From Neodothiora populina (lineage: Eukaryota), in assembly GCF_041146345.1 (NCBI RefSeq), contig NW_027191409.1, positions 1,426,001 through 1,490,000 of the forward strand: 64,000 bases of DNA, read 5' to 3'. The position numbers and the translations under genes are program-made. Position 1 is the stretch's first letter. Every line of letters begins with the position of its first letter. Below the pieces are notes generated by a model, which was given only the letters and a program-made list of their open reading frames with translations, ran no database searches and had not been told where the DNA came from. Below, piece after piece: positions 38,467-53,907 of this stretch.

Positions 38467-39527
38467 GCTGTCAAGCGAGTAGTCACCGGATTTGAAGAGC
38501 ATCGGAGAGCAGGAGGCGTTTGATGATACAGCGGACTTTGCGATCACGTCGGCATGGATATGCGGCATGGTCTGTAGCAGTCGGTTAGGATGACGAGTGG
38601 GAAGATGTACTATACCTACCTCTAGACACGGATGGACCCGTCCCATAGCAGAAAAGACTTGTTCCAAATGACTTAAATTTGCGACATGCGATGGATACGG
38701 CTATATGTTGACTCGTGGATCGCCAGCCAGGATGGCGAGACGGGCCAGTTGAAGCAGTAGATATCAGCAGAGCTAAAAGGGTCAAGGATCGAGGAAGACA
38801 TTGTTCAAGCTAGGTACAACGATACACCGGCGAGTCGCCCTAGTCGGTGATGTGATCTAGATTGAATTGCCTGTTCCTGCCACTATTAAGGTGGTGCCAG
38901 CACCATGCTATATCCTCATCAGGTGTGTGAGGTGATGTGGTAACAAAGCTGACTTGCGTTCGGCGTTTCTCTTTACATATTTTACGTCTCTTTTCATTTC
39001 ACTAGCGAGATGAGATGATGAAAGTCCTGGTACACAGCCATGTAACAGGAGCTTACTTGATGAAGCCATGGCAGCCTGGTGACGAGTCGCAAACAGGAGG
39101 CGAACATGCCAGACTCATAGACGGCAGGGTAGAGTCGCGCCGATAAGGTGTGGGGACGTGGGCGAGATGGTGGTGTGTTGTCATACGAAGGGAGTCGACG
39201 GGCCGCGTCTGCGCCGTGAAGTCAGTGTTACACTGGTATGCAATGGGTAAGAGTGTCGGGAAAGTCCTTGGCAAAGCAGTGGTTTTGGGGGTGTTGAAAT
39301 GAATTCCCCGGCCTCGAACCAATCATGAGAGGAGGTGATTACTGGTGATTGCTGGATGTGGCATGACCGGAGGGTGCCTGCGCCAGTGCGCCGTAACCGG
39401 CAAGTGCGGGGCCCAACAGCTCACCTGAAGTTTTCTGCCTTTACTTAGAGTCAACCAGATCGCACTGCATCTTCTCTCATCCACGCTTCTTTCCTCTTCT
39501 CTTCTCCATACCAAAACATTGAAGAAG

Positions 39528-41428
<1,901 letters not shown>

Positions 41429-42434
41429 AGAGCTGGTCCTTGGGTTGAATGATACAAAAAGCAAGTCATGTCATACCGGCATGACCCTTGTGCTTTAATT
41501 TTTATGATGCCATGACGAGGCGTCGCGATCTGCTAGTTTCTCAAATATCCCCCAAGAAAAGAAATCATTTTCCAATTTTTCAAAACAAACTGCTACACTT
41601 CCATTTCCACGCGACCCTCCGTACCTTGCTGTGCACGTCAACGATCTACAACCAGCTATGCCCGCTTGGGTCACCGGGTGACGTCGGAGATCATTTGTGC
41701 ATCACCTCGGGTCATCTTATCTGGCATGCAATTTCCACATTCGGTGAATCGGAATGGAGCAGTCAACGCAACGCCACGATGTTGGATTGCCTCCAGACCG
41801 GATGGCTGGGTGGCATGTACATGTTGGCAGGTCCTGATTGTTGCTTCTCATCGGAAACCGGTAGGGTCCTGGAAAGACTGACATGGGAAGGCGGATGGCG
41901 GTACTGGAAAGTGCAAGATAAGTCCCGAGCCCGGGCTTGTATTCGCATGTCCATCAATGTGACACAGTGCCCACAACAGCAACAGGACGACAATCCCTAT
42001 GGTACCTCATAACAAATGACCAAACATGGTCTCCTCAATGCCTACACGAAGGTTGGCACATAGGCAGTGTAATCTGACTGTTCTCAAGCTGGCGTGGTCA
42101 TTTCTGTTTTCGGATGCGGATGTTTATGTTGTGGTGTCGAGGAATGCTCCACAATGAAGTCGCATTCCGCATCTAACATCGTTATCAATCACCACTGAGA
42201 GCAGTAGTGTGTATAAGTCCACGTCCTACGTCTTGATCAACTGTAAGTGTTTCTATACTCTTCTTGCGACAGAGGCCCGTACTTTCCTAGCTTCTGCAAG
42301 CAGCCATATACACACACTCGTTTGACACATTCGTTTTTCTGACCGTCCTGTCCTTTTCCATCCCTTCATCTTCCCAACTCCCAAGTTCTTTTCATCTTCA
42401 CTGTCAGTAGAAATCACACATACAAGCTCATACC

Positions 42435-43535
42435 ATGAAGCTCGAGCTTGCCGCTTTGGCAGCGGCCATAACTGGCGCCGTAGCTCAAGGTTCGATGAGC
42501 ACCTCGAATACGACCGGTCCGGTGATCGTGACCATGACCATTGACGACTGCGCATCCTCTGCTCCGCCAACCATGATCACCGTCACGAGTGAGGCGACGG
42601 TGACCTACTGTCCGGCGTGCGAGAGTTCCAAGTCCTCATCCGCTGGCACCATTGCAACAGCAGCGACGCCGGGACACACCACCGTCTACACCACTGTCTA
42701 CCAGTCACTCTGCACAACCGCTTCTTCGTGGTATACAACACCTGTGACATACACAATTACCGAGTCTTGCACCGATGCAAGTCCAACTTACGCCTCCGCA
42801 TCTAATTACGTGCCTCCTGGGTACACCACTACTGCGGTGGAATGCCACAAGTGCCAAGGAGCCTCACCATCAATGCCTGTAACCATGACAATGACCGTTC
42901 CATGTGAATGCACGCATACTGGATTCTATGCTGGACCCTCCCCTACTTCACCCGCCAGCGGCTCTGGCAATTTTGGTGGTATGGATCCTAGCCAAGCAGG
43001 TGGATCTGCTCCACCACCACCATCACCACCACCTCCTCCAGCAGCGTCCACTGCGGCTGGAGGCAGCCCAGGTTCTGTTCTACCAAAAGGTGGCGCCCCA
43101 GCAACACAGATCAGTGATGGTCAAGTCCAGGCTGGGAGCCCTACCCCAGTCGCATCTAGTCCTGCTCCCGTTAGCCAGATCAGCGATGGCCAAATTCAAG
43201 CAGGCACTGCAACGCCAGTCGCATCAAGTGGTGCTCCCGTCAGTCAGATTGGAGACGGTCAAGTCCAAGCAGGTACAGGTGCTCCTGCCAGTCAGATCAG
43301 TGATGGTCAAGTCCAAGTCCCTGGTCCTACTCGAGCCGAGGGTGCTGGTGGTGGCGTCGGCCCTACTACAACAACCGTCAAGTGCACAACCGGTGCATGC
43401 GCACACAAGTCCACAACTACTGGTATGCCAGCCTATACTGGCGCGGCTTCCAGAAATGTCATCGACAATGGATTGGCTGTTTATGGTGTTTTGGCTGCTG
43501 GTTTTGTTCAAGGAGCCATGGCACTCCTGATCTGA
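42435..43535 (+). CDS. Secreted Ser/Thr/Cys-rich cell-wall protein with PIR repeats and probable GPI signal, 366 aa
   Basis: Signal peptide; four Q-I-[SG]-D-G-Q-[VI]-Q repeats; YTGAA followed by a hydrophobic C-terminus. Confidence 0.85.
   Translation: MKLELAALAAAITGAVAQGSMSTSNTTGPVIVTMTIDDCASSAPPTMITVTSEATVTYCPACESSKSSSAGTIATAATPGHTTVYTTVYQSLCTTASSWYTTPVTYTITESCTDASPTYASASNYVPPGYTTTAVECHKCQGASPSMPVTMTMTVPCECTHTGFYAGPSPTSPASGSGNFGGMDPSQAGGSAPPPPSPPPPPAASTAAGGSPGSVLPKGGAPATQISDGQVQAGSPTPVASSPAPVSQISDGQIQAGTATPVASSGAPVSQIGDGQVQAGTGAPASQISDGQVQVPGPTRAEGAGGGVGPTTTTVKCTTGACAHKSTTTGMPAYTGAASRNVIDNGLAVYGVLAAGFVQGAMALLI
43107..43316 (+). repeat. Four coding PIR-type repeats
   Basis: cagatcagtgatggtcaagtcca-like units encoding [24 protein letters not shown] and QISDGQVQ. 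Confidence 0.85.
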
Positions 43536-44717
43536 GAGTGCTTTGTTGCACGAGGTACTCGCGTGTCCCAGTGTTAGTCACTGCGTTGCATTCCAAATTA
43601 GTGATAACGATCTGACTAGTGTTTGGAATTGGTCATTCTGAAAGTCTCTTTGTTTGTTTCATTACAATTATTCCTATTTCTCTTCATTTTAGAATCATCA
43701 CTAGTGGATGTCTTAGTCGAGGTCGAGTACTCTAATGCTGCGGCTTTATTCTTAAGCCAGTGGCACTTGCCTATCTTGTACCTCTATTTTCGTGCATCTT
43801 TACTTTAGTCTTCTAATGTGCACTACCACTTTTCATACAAGAACCCGTCGTATCCTACCTTAGCAAGACTGCACTTGTGTGCTCGAAGTAAGTTCCGTCG
43901 GTGCCCGTAGCTCTTACGTCCTTACCTCGTAATGCGAGCATACCTCGGCATAAAGGAGGTAAGTAGATGGGTTGTTCGATCGGAAATTGTCACTGCCTCT
44001 CTTACTCTTTGTTCGATACACAAAAAGACAAATATGCGCTTTCACGATATCGACACAGACAATGATACCAACATCCATTGTCAGAGCGCCTCCTTCTAAG
44101 GCCTCCCTACACGTTCTCTTCCTTTCACCACCTTAAATCTTATTGCAGTTGCATTGCATTTCCTCGATGTGTCTTTTCCTCCGTCTAATCAACATGGTGC
44201 AAGAAAGAAGCTCCTAAACCTATCGTTCACAGTCGGATTTGATCTCGGTTCCTTTGTCTTGAGACTCGAAGACCGCAAATATCAAAGGGCACTCTGACCT
44301 TACTCTCTTTGATTGTATATCCTCTCTTTCAATTCTTTATGCACCAGTCTCAATGTATGAAAGACTCACGCCTTTCATACGCAAGACGGACACAAAGACA
44401 CAAAGCGATGTCTGTCTTTCATGCGTCCTGTCTTCATTCTCAACACTCTCCGCTCTCACACAATACTCGCATACAAATACCTCCTCATGGTACTTTGAGA
44501 TGATGTTTTCTTTCCTCCAGACAACAAACAAGAAAACAACAGCAACAACAACGATTCAATCAAAAGTCGACAGGTTCGACATATCGAGAGACTCGTCACA
44601 AAAAAGAGAGAGAGAAAGGTAAGTACATATCCCCAACTTCCCCTGAAAATCATAACACCACAGGCAAGTCAACTAGACATCCACTGGACTCGTCTTTGGA
44701 AAGAAGTAGAATCAAGG

Positions 44718-47586
44718 ATGTCCTCGCCAAGTTCCACCGGAAGTAGATACGGCAGTGTGTCGATTCCTTACACAGCCACTGCCATTTCGGTAGGACAGCA
44801 GCAGCAGCCATGCCTGATCCATACCATTCCTCGCAAACCCGTTGGTAGTCCTCCATCTCGATGTGTGCCCGACAGAGCCCGCGAGCTGGTCGGTCAAGTC
44901 AACTCTCACAAGCCTCAGGAAGGTTTGGTGGCCGGTGCAGACAATTCCAGGATCGTCTCGTCTCATGCTGTCGTTGGTGATGCGAACAATTCGAGTTCTT
45001 CTGGAGGCGAAGCTGCCCCCGCTGTGCCTCCAAAGCCATGGGATTACGAACCTCGCCAGCCTGCCCAACAGTCGCAGCCAGTTCATCCTCAGCGCCACCG
45101 TACATTGACCGGCGCGAGCCCCGATCAAATCCAGGATCGTGCTGATGCCTATGAAAGGCTGACTGGAGAGAGCTTGTTGCAGCACCGTCACCGTCGTACT
45201 AACGCGGGAGGTCTTCCTAGACCTTCTACTCCTGATGATACCGCTGGGAGACCGTTCTCGCTCAACACCTACAATTTCGCTAGTGCATCTGCTTATGCTG
45301 GCGCACACCATGAAGGCGTCTCACCAACGAACGAAATGCGAGACCCTTTTGGTGGCAGCCATCAAGTCGGGCCTCTGTCAGCTAGTCTCGCTGGTCCGAG
45401 CCCAGCCCGCACCTTCTCTCAGATGGACGACATCCCCCGCGGAAGAAACAATCAACCGATCCAACCCAAGCGTAGAGATTCAACCAGAAGCCGCATTCGC
45501 AGCGCATCCGGCAGTGTCATCAGGAATGTCGTTGGTTTTGTCCGCAAAGTCAGTGATTCTGCCTTGAGGAGCCGTGCTGCTCGCGGTCTTGCGGACAACG
45601 CATCTAACCGAAGCCAACGCTCACGTAACAACTCAGCGCAGAAGGGCATCAGCCTCAAGTACCCTGACGCTCTCCACGACCCAGCATGCCGAAATGCATG
45701 GGCCGAGCGTGAACGTTTCCTCCACCATCCAGACTACCAATACGAGCCTGAGGACGAGTTCGGCCACATCAAGCAACACGTAGAGCAGGCAGAGGAAGAA
45801 GAGCGCCAGAGTGCAGCCATGCGCAAGCATGCGCGCGATATTGCTCGTGAGCGTGCTCATGCTACCAGAGTCCGTGAAGCCAAAGCCGCGGGACATGGCA
45901 CCCCTCCTGATCCCATATACTCTGACTCAAGTTCCGAAAACTCGAAGTCTTGGTTCGCAGGCCGCCAATGCAGCAATGCTTCCCAGTTGAACGAGATGGC
46001 CGATGCCTTTGATGCCGCCATGGAGAACAAGAACGACGTCAGCTTCAATGCTGCATTCGGTGGACGTGTTTCCAGAGCCGCTCAGACGGTTGGTCGCCTT
46101 CGTCGCACCTTCACCACACGTATTGCCAACGCCATCGCCAAGGACGAAGGCAATGATGGCGATGCGATCTTCGGTGACTTCTCTGATGCAGCACCACCTG
46201 GTGCCATGTATCCATGTGTCAAGTGCGGCCGCCTAGGCTTGCCACTTACTCGTGGTCTCTGCAGACACTGTAAGTAACTGAACTCTTGTGTCCCCTCTTC
46301 GCTCTCCTTACCCTCTACTCTCTCACACCCTCTTCCCGCAGCGCTCTTGCTTCTTGTACTGTTTCATCTGTCTTTGTTTATCGAGGCGTTCGCGTTAAAG
46401 CGTTCCGGTCTGATTTGGATCTGACTTCCCTCTTTCGCGACGGGATTGTATTTTACAGGTAGTATCGCTAACCAATAAAGCCTTTTTTCCCTACTTACCC
46501 ACCATCGTGACCTCTGTTCATTCTTTTACCATCACTGTGACTTTCGAGAATTGGAACTTTGCTAACTTGACTCTTTCAGGCATTTTCCCATCGTTGGATA
46601 CAACATCTACTCAGATTGCCAACGACTCTACTAGCCCAACGAAGGATCAATATAGCGACTCAGTCGTTGACGACAGCATGAACGATTCCATGACAGTGAC
46701 CAAGGAGAACCTTCTTCACTTACCTCATGCTTCTACAAGACAATCCCGGATAGGAGCATTGGTCTCTGCTAACACAGGACTCAGGATCCCAGGTATGACA
46801 TCCAGCATTTACTCTCGTGCGACCGACGATAATTCCTTCTCACATTCGTACATGGACATTCGCGAGCCTTCCGATCTGGCAAAGCTCATAGCTGCTCATC
46901 ACGAAAACAACCCTCGAGTTCCAGGTCTGGCATCAAGTGTCTACTCGAGAGACATAGATGATGCTGATGACTATTTGCCACCAGCATCGCCTCTACTGCC
47001 CCCTGTCGCAGCAAGTCCAAAGAACAAAGGCAGCCAACGCGGCGAAAGCTACCATGTCGGTGATATCGTCGGCTCAGGCAAGGATCTATATGAAGTGATC
47101 GAGGTGACTGATTGTGACTGTGAGGATGGCAGGTGCGACCTCAAACACGAGCCTCGAATCGACATGTATGCATCATCGAGCCGGCGTAGGAAATCGTCGC
47201 GATCTGGCAGAACGGAAAATCCAACCAAGATCATCAGGCAACCCTTGACGCCATTGAGGGAACATGCAGCAAGCGACTTCAACCATCTCAGCGATCGCGA
47301 CAGAGGTAAGAGAAGTGCCACTTCGGACCAGTCTGCAGTACGCAAGCCATCTGTAGGTGATAGAGACCGCTCAACGGGACAGCCACTGACATACAGCACC
47401 GCCTACGCAGATCTTGTTCGTGAGATTCGAGCTTTCAGCGCCTCGCATAGCCTTTCTCCGCCGGACCTTTCAGCCTCAGAGATGTCAATATCTAGCGCAA
47501 GCGAAGACGCAACGAGGTCGAATGCATCGAGCGCCTTCGGATCATCGTCGGATGTTGTCTCGTTGTCTCGTTGTATGGGAAGATGA
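44718..47586 (+). CDS. Hypothetical disordered protein: 519 aa unspliced (44718-46277) or about 852 aa if 44718-46269 is spliced to 46580-47586
   Basis: Two long same-strand ORFs. A GTAAGT donor at 46270 and GCTAAC...TTTCAG acceptor at 46579 join them in frame (CRHC|IFPSL). CxxC...CxxC lies at the junction. No recognised domain. Confidence 0.6.
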
Positions 47587-49040
47587 ACAAGAGTTCTTCT
47601 CCATATCACTGACACTTGTGATGAAGCCGCTCGATCAGATCTGACACGCTTCTTAGCGAATACTATATGTGAGTACATACATTAAAGCGCCAACTACGCG
47701 AATGAGGATGAGAAGTAAGAGCATGTGAACTGGTAGTCATCGAATCAAAGACAAGCTTTCTGCATCTGCACCTATTATCGTTCCACCTCTAGTGGGAATT
47801 CTCAATTTTGGACGATCGATTAAGCCTTTGTTGCACAAATGCTTCATACGTAGTTGATCTTTGTTTCAGCATAGAGAGGACAGTGATGCCGATCTCCGCG
47901 TACCGTATTTGCAGTATGACTGCGTACACGGATATAGTAATCGTCGCTGGATGCTTTAGGTCGATATATGCGAAGTTACTCCGTCATCTAAACGGACCAG
48001 ATCTTGTATACCACGAATGTAAGATGCCCAATCAAGAGAAGATAAGACCCCATAGCTGCAAAATCTGATACTTCCATCAAGAGGGACATGGATGGCGCTC
48101 GTTGTTGGAAGATGATGATTGGGTCAAGGAGCGAAGATCGCAGTGATGGAGGCAAGTGAGTAAGCGCTCGGGATGTGCCGTCACCTCACCGCAGCAGCTT
48201 GTCGACGCCCCATTGGCCTTACATCCATGTCTTCACACCTACACTTATGCACATCGCAAGCGTGGCCGTCAGACTTTACCTCTGGACCATGCATGCCTTG
48301 TCACGTAATCATTGTGTCGGCGCTTGAGTATGACCAGTATATGCAACTTCATTGGAAGAGTGTCCGATTGCATTCTCCTGGAGAATGCTGGCACCAAATA
48401 TGTAATTCACGGTAAAGAACACAGTGGTAATGGCGTCGTCGTTGTCTCCTCGACTCTCACTTTTCTCTGTCGATCCTCTACTGCTAGATGGTACCACCCC
48501 CCTCAGCTTGCTGTCAGAAGATCCTCTAGAGGCTCAGAATAGCACTTGTGTATTGCATGCTGAGCTGCAGTATTCTCCAAAGTCCAACATCCCCAGCATT
48601 GTACTTCATCTATTTTAGGGCTACAAACAGCTCGCCTTAGCCTATCACGAAGTGAGCCAGCCTCACAGGATTGCAACAACATATGGTACGTAGCCGCCCT
48701 TTACTTGCAGGACCCAATCTGCGCTCAGCTTCACAACTGGGCGCTACCATTTTGTTGCTTGACCCGATCATCATCAAGTCTAAGCGCCATGTCAAGACAT
48801 CAGGTGCTCCTCAGTCTACTCATCATGTCCTATTTCCTTTCTAAACTCCAGCGCACCATTCTCAAAGTCCTGTCGTCTTCTTTTGATGGTGCAACTGTGA
48901 AGCAAGCGTGATCTCAATTCCCTACAACGACAGAGCTGGACTCTGCATCTGTATACTGTTTCCCCCCATTCCTGCTCTGCATCATCTATCACCCATCGTC
49001 ATCTCACGTCAGCTGTTCTTCCTGGTGGTGGTATTCGAAA

Positions 49041-50663
49041 ATGTCTGCCAACGACACAAAAGACCCAACAGTCACAGCACGACCAGAGAAAACGCGGACG
49101 TCGTCCGGATCCTCACTGAACTCGTCCTTTTCATCATTGAGAACACCCAGAGTTGCTCGGTTCGCAGAGGCGACGTCGATTCACTCGCCCATTGAGCCGA
49201 CCTCGGTACAGCTGCCCTTGCAGACCTTTGCGACAAATCACTACGCCCCACAACCGCAACCAGCGGATATCGGCTTCGGCTACGTTAACGAAAAACACTT
49301 GTCTATCGAGATGGAGGAAACCGACAACCAAAGATTGCCACAGGGCAGACCGCAGACGTCTGGTCCCTCAATGCCCATGATGAGTCCGCCCCTGAAAAGT
49401 GCGATGAAGACTCCGGGCGCCCCACCGAAGAGTTCCCGAAGTGCTTTCTTTGGACCCGAAACTACTCGTGATGAGGAAGAAGCACTAGAGAAGGAGGAGG
49501 CGTTGACGGAGCAGCAGCAAGCTAAAGATCTGGTGAGTCCATCGATTCCACCTTTACTGTAACTTTCACTCATTCTGTGCTAGAAAGTGAAAACTCGAGT
49601 TCGTATTGCAAAGTTCCTCCTCCGTGGATTGAACTTTGCCTGCTCACTTATCGTTCTGTCTATGCTCGGGGCTACTTTCACGATATTCAACGCGACGAAG
49701 GCTATACCGCCACGCAACAACCTACCGCCGTGGGCCGAGGGCACAAACCCATGGGCCCAGATCGTCCTGTTGGTGATCTCGTGTATCTCCTTGACATTTG
49801 CCGTCATCATCCTTGCCTCATACTGTCGAGGTGGCCATGAGCGAGCCGAAAAGGTCTCAGTCTACTACACTGTTTTCGCATGTGGCTTCTTCGTCTTCAG
49901 CATCGTCATGTGGGGTATTGGAGCAGGTATCTTGAATGGAGCGAAACAGGGCGGCAACTCGAAGGATCTTTGGGGATGGGCGTGCAAAGACAACACCAGA
50001 AGGAATCTCTTCGAGGCAGACGTGTCATACACGCTTGTTTGCCGTCTCCAGAACTGGTCTCTGGTCTGCTGCGTCATTGAGATTATCGTTGAGACCATCT
50101 CCATCGCCATCTACGGAGTCGTGTTCTACCGTTTCTATTCCAAGCGACAGCTTCGCAAGTCAATGGCGAAACGAGATACCGCTCGATCCGATCTTTACCT
50201 CGCACAATTGCGATCTAGGTCAGCTCCCAACACCCCAGGTCTTAACGGACCTTACAGCGCCAGAGATGGTGGCTGGAAAGCGCCTGTCAGTTACTACGAT
50301 GCGCTACCCGAGGTGGAAGAGGGTCCATCGGAAAGTGGCAACGTGCAATATGTCGATGCATCCCGCCCAGCACCAGGACCGAAGCCATTTGTATTGCAAC
50401 CTCCACCTATCAAGGTCCACGGCGCCACACCAAAAATGCAGCAAGCGGGTTTCACACCTATTCACCACAACGATAACTCGTTAGCGATGGCACCACAATC
50501 GCCGCTTCTGACCAGAGAACAGCAGCAGGAACACGTTGCCGCAGCGCCTGGCGAGCGAGTGTACGAGTCGGTGCCTATCCCAGGCGCCTACTCAAGTCCA
50601 ATTAATTCACCGACGGTGGCGCCAAGGCAGATGGACTTTCCCAATATGGAGGGCAGGGTGTAG
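49041..50663 (+). CDS. ham-8: Four-TM MARVEL-like membrane protein resembling hyphal anastomosis protein HAM-8; exons 49041-49532 and 49584-50663, about 523 aa
   Basis: TPRVARFAEAT; DLKVKTRVRIAK; four hydrophobic segments; DLWGWAC; RSDLYLAQLRSRSAPNTPG. 51-bp intron. The name comes from recalled family similarity. Confidence 0.7.
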
Positions 50664-51477
50664 GTCAAGATTCATGGCTACCTAGTCATTTGTACAGTCA
50701 TTCGTTTTAATTGCTTTCTTTACGAATATATCCCCAGGCGGCGTTGATGAGCGCGACTTTCAACAATCTTTTCGGAAAGGGTACAAGAAGATATGCTCGT
50801 GGTCCATGTAAGGTACTCTGGTTTCCACGAGGATCGGTCCCATGGGCTTATTTAGCTTTATCTGACCTTATCATGCACTATACCCTATACATGAATACAC
50901 AATTTTTGAGTTCAGCTGCTGATTCAGCCGAAATTTCCTGTGGTGTTCGATACACCCATAGAATCGCATGCACTGACCACTACGGCGCTCGTTGCGAACC
51001 TCATAGTACTTGTACTTCAAAAGGCCGTTACTCGAATTGGAGCGAGTAACATATGATCTACCACCGCAGATGAAGGCCATGCGTGCAATTTGAGTCAAGA
51101 AAGGCAAGGTAGACACCCCGAATGATTTGCATTGGAATCTTCGATATCCGCGGCGCCATGAGGAAGTGTGACATCATGCACCCACCGCGACAGTCCGGAG
51201 TGGCTGTGAAACTCAACTAGCCCGATCAACCTAAAAGTCGAAGTAGGAATGACATACATCTACAGTCCGCGGACGATCCTATATTGGAGTGGAATCCTCA
51301 AAATGCGAGGAACATATAGTCAAACCCCCTATGGGGATTTTTGTGCTTTCATGCCAATGCATTGAGAAAATCTGTGCAAATACATCTGTTCGTCGAACGT
51401 GATTGATCAGCGAGTGTTGAGGGCTTGCAACCTCCGGATAAACCGCTTTTCGCTTGGCCGATATATAGTCGATCACA

Positions 51478-53666
51478 ATGGTCGTCCCGTGGATATCTGG
51501 CGCGAAGAAGGAACAGGGCGGTGTTCCGTCAGGACAACGGACGAGTAAAGTGCCAAATGCGAAGAAGCCGAAGATTCGTCCTCCGCGAGGGTTGCGAGAC
51601 ACAATCGCATTTCCTGTGCGATCACTGCCGAATTATTCAGGTCCCTATCATGTATGCTGCACGAACCGAGTATTGGAGTGAAAGGCTGTGGGATGTGCCT
51701 AATATTCTACTAGGTCGGAACGATGGAGATCGAAGTCGCTGTGCGAGAACCTCGTACTTTCTCACATATCAAGCGGCATGGCGAGCATCCATTGCAATTG
51801 AAGACGGTCCTCTTCACCATGTATTACCCAGCATCACCTCCGGACTCGGACACCAAAGTCTCACGCCAATTGTGGCTGGGTCGACCAAGACTGAGAATGG
51901 CCCAAGGATACAGTCATTTCGCAAAGCTAGGTAATCTTGGAATGCCAATGTTCATTCCAACAATATTCACCAAATTGCCTGCTTGGAGGAATGCGCCTTT
52001 ATCAGACCGCTTACCCCCGAATTCGAAGCCTTCAGCTGGCCCTGAGACGCACAAGGATGATCCGCCGCCAAAATTTCCGTTGATGATCTTCAGTCATGGT
52101 TTAGGTGGCACAGATACTTGCTATTCAAGTGTCTGTGGCGAGGTATGTGGGATTCCTGCGTACACAACAGACCTCCCATACTGACAATCATCAGTTTGCA
52201 AGTTATGGGTTCGTTGTGGTCGCGCTAGAACATAGGGATGGTTCAGGGCCTAGAACCTATGTCAATCAGCCGTTTAACCAGGAAATCAAATTGGACGAGA
52301 ACCTCGACTACGAGAAGAACCCGCACCAGAATTTGAAGAAAAAGCGGAAAGAGGGCTTGAAAACGAAATATGACATAGTAGTGAGTATCGCACAGCCTGC
52401 CACTTGCTGATGAACCATCAACTGATACAACTTAGGATTATATTTTCCCCGAAGGTCAGAATTGACTCCATTGATTTGTGTAATTTTAGTAGCTAACACG
52501 ACGAAAGATAATCCCTGGGATACAGCCCCAAACAACGAAAAGGGTGTCGATCACGAACTCCGTTCTGCGCAGATCGATCTGAGATTGGCTGAGATTGAAG
52601 AAGCTTACGAGATCCTCCGGACTATCAACAGCGGAAAGGGTGCAGATGTCGCCACCAAGAATCTTCGACGAAAGAACTATATGGCTTCAAGTAGTCGTGG
52701 ACTCGATGGCGTAGATTGGACGCAGTGGAAGGATCGTGTTCAGATGAACAACGCCGTTGCCGCGGGTCATTCGTTTGGCGCAGCTACAGTGACAGACATC
52801 CTCAGGCACCGAAAACGGTTCGAATGGGTCGCGCAAGGCATCATCTATGATATATGGGGGTGAGTAACATTTGTATAACAGCTATAGATGCACGCTAACA
52901 AGCAACAAGAGAGGGCACCCGTCCGCCATCGGAAATGGATGATCGCATCCAGTCTCCTGTGCTGGCAATCAACTCTGAAGCATTTACTTACTGGTCAAAG
53001 AACTACAAGCTAGTAGAATCCTTGATCGACGAGGCCAGCCCATACCCATCCTGGCTCATGACAGTTCGAGGCACGGTACACGTAAACCAGTCTGATTTCT
53101 CTCTACTATACCCCCACGTATGTTCTGCGGCCCTCAAGATGACTGCGAATCCAGAGAGAGCCATTGATGTGAACGTCAACGCATCGCTTGAATTCCTGAA
53201 GATGGTCATGCCCGGCCTTCCGGATCGAATGATCGAAGCCTTCCCGCAGGAGGGCATTCTTACCGAGGAAGAAGCACCTCTGGAACTGATACCGACGGCA
53301 GAAAAGCACATGCCAGACGAGAAGTGGATAGCTGGTAGACTGAGCATCCCTCACGAGTTCTGGTGGCGCATCACTCCTGGATTTGCCCGGAAAATGGCCA
53401 AAGCGAGGGTTCGGCAGGAAGGTGGCACGCTAGGAGAGGAAGTGTGGCTTCACAAACGACCAGACGACGAAACCATCAAAGAATTCACACTGAAAGTCAG
53501 ACGCGAGGCAGGCGCTGAATGCGGAGGGTGCGGCAAAGAAAGCTGCTCCAGCTGCCAGCCTCAAAAAGCTTCGGCCAAAAACGATGACTGGACAGGAGAA
53601 AATGCTGACGGAAGCAAGGAAGGCACCTACGAGCCGCAGTCAGTGCCCGAAAACAAGGACAAGTGA
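51478..53666 (+). CDS. PAF acetylhydrolase family alpha/beta hydrolase; exons 51478-51651, 51714-52142, 52195-52380, 52436-52454, 52508-52859 and 52910-53666, about 638 aa
   Basis: YSGPYHVGTMEIE; IFSHGLGG; FASYGFVVVALEHRDGSG; nucleophile elbow GHSFG; GTVHVNQSDF. Confidence 0.9.
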
Positions 53667-53907
53667 GGACTGCCTGGTAGGCGATAATAGTAGTGTGTAA
53701 GGTAGACAAAGGAGATGTCGTATCCTCTGCAATCGGGAATAAGGGAGTCCGCCAGACTGTCTTCTACATTCCAGACGTCTCACAACTTGGACTATTTTCC
53801 TCAAGAAGATCGAACATTGTTTGACTTTTATGAATGTTAATTTTGATACGCCACCACGACTAACGCGGCGATACTTCAAATTGACCAAGATTCGAAAGGA
53901 GAATTGC

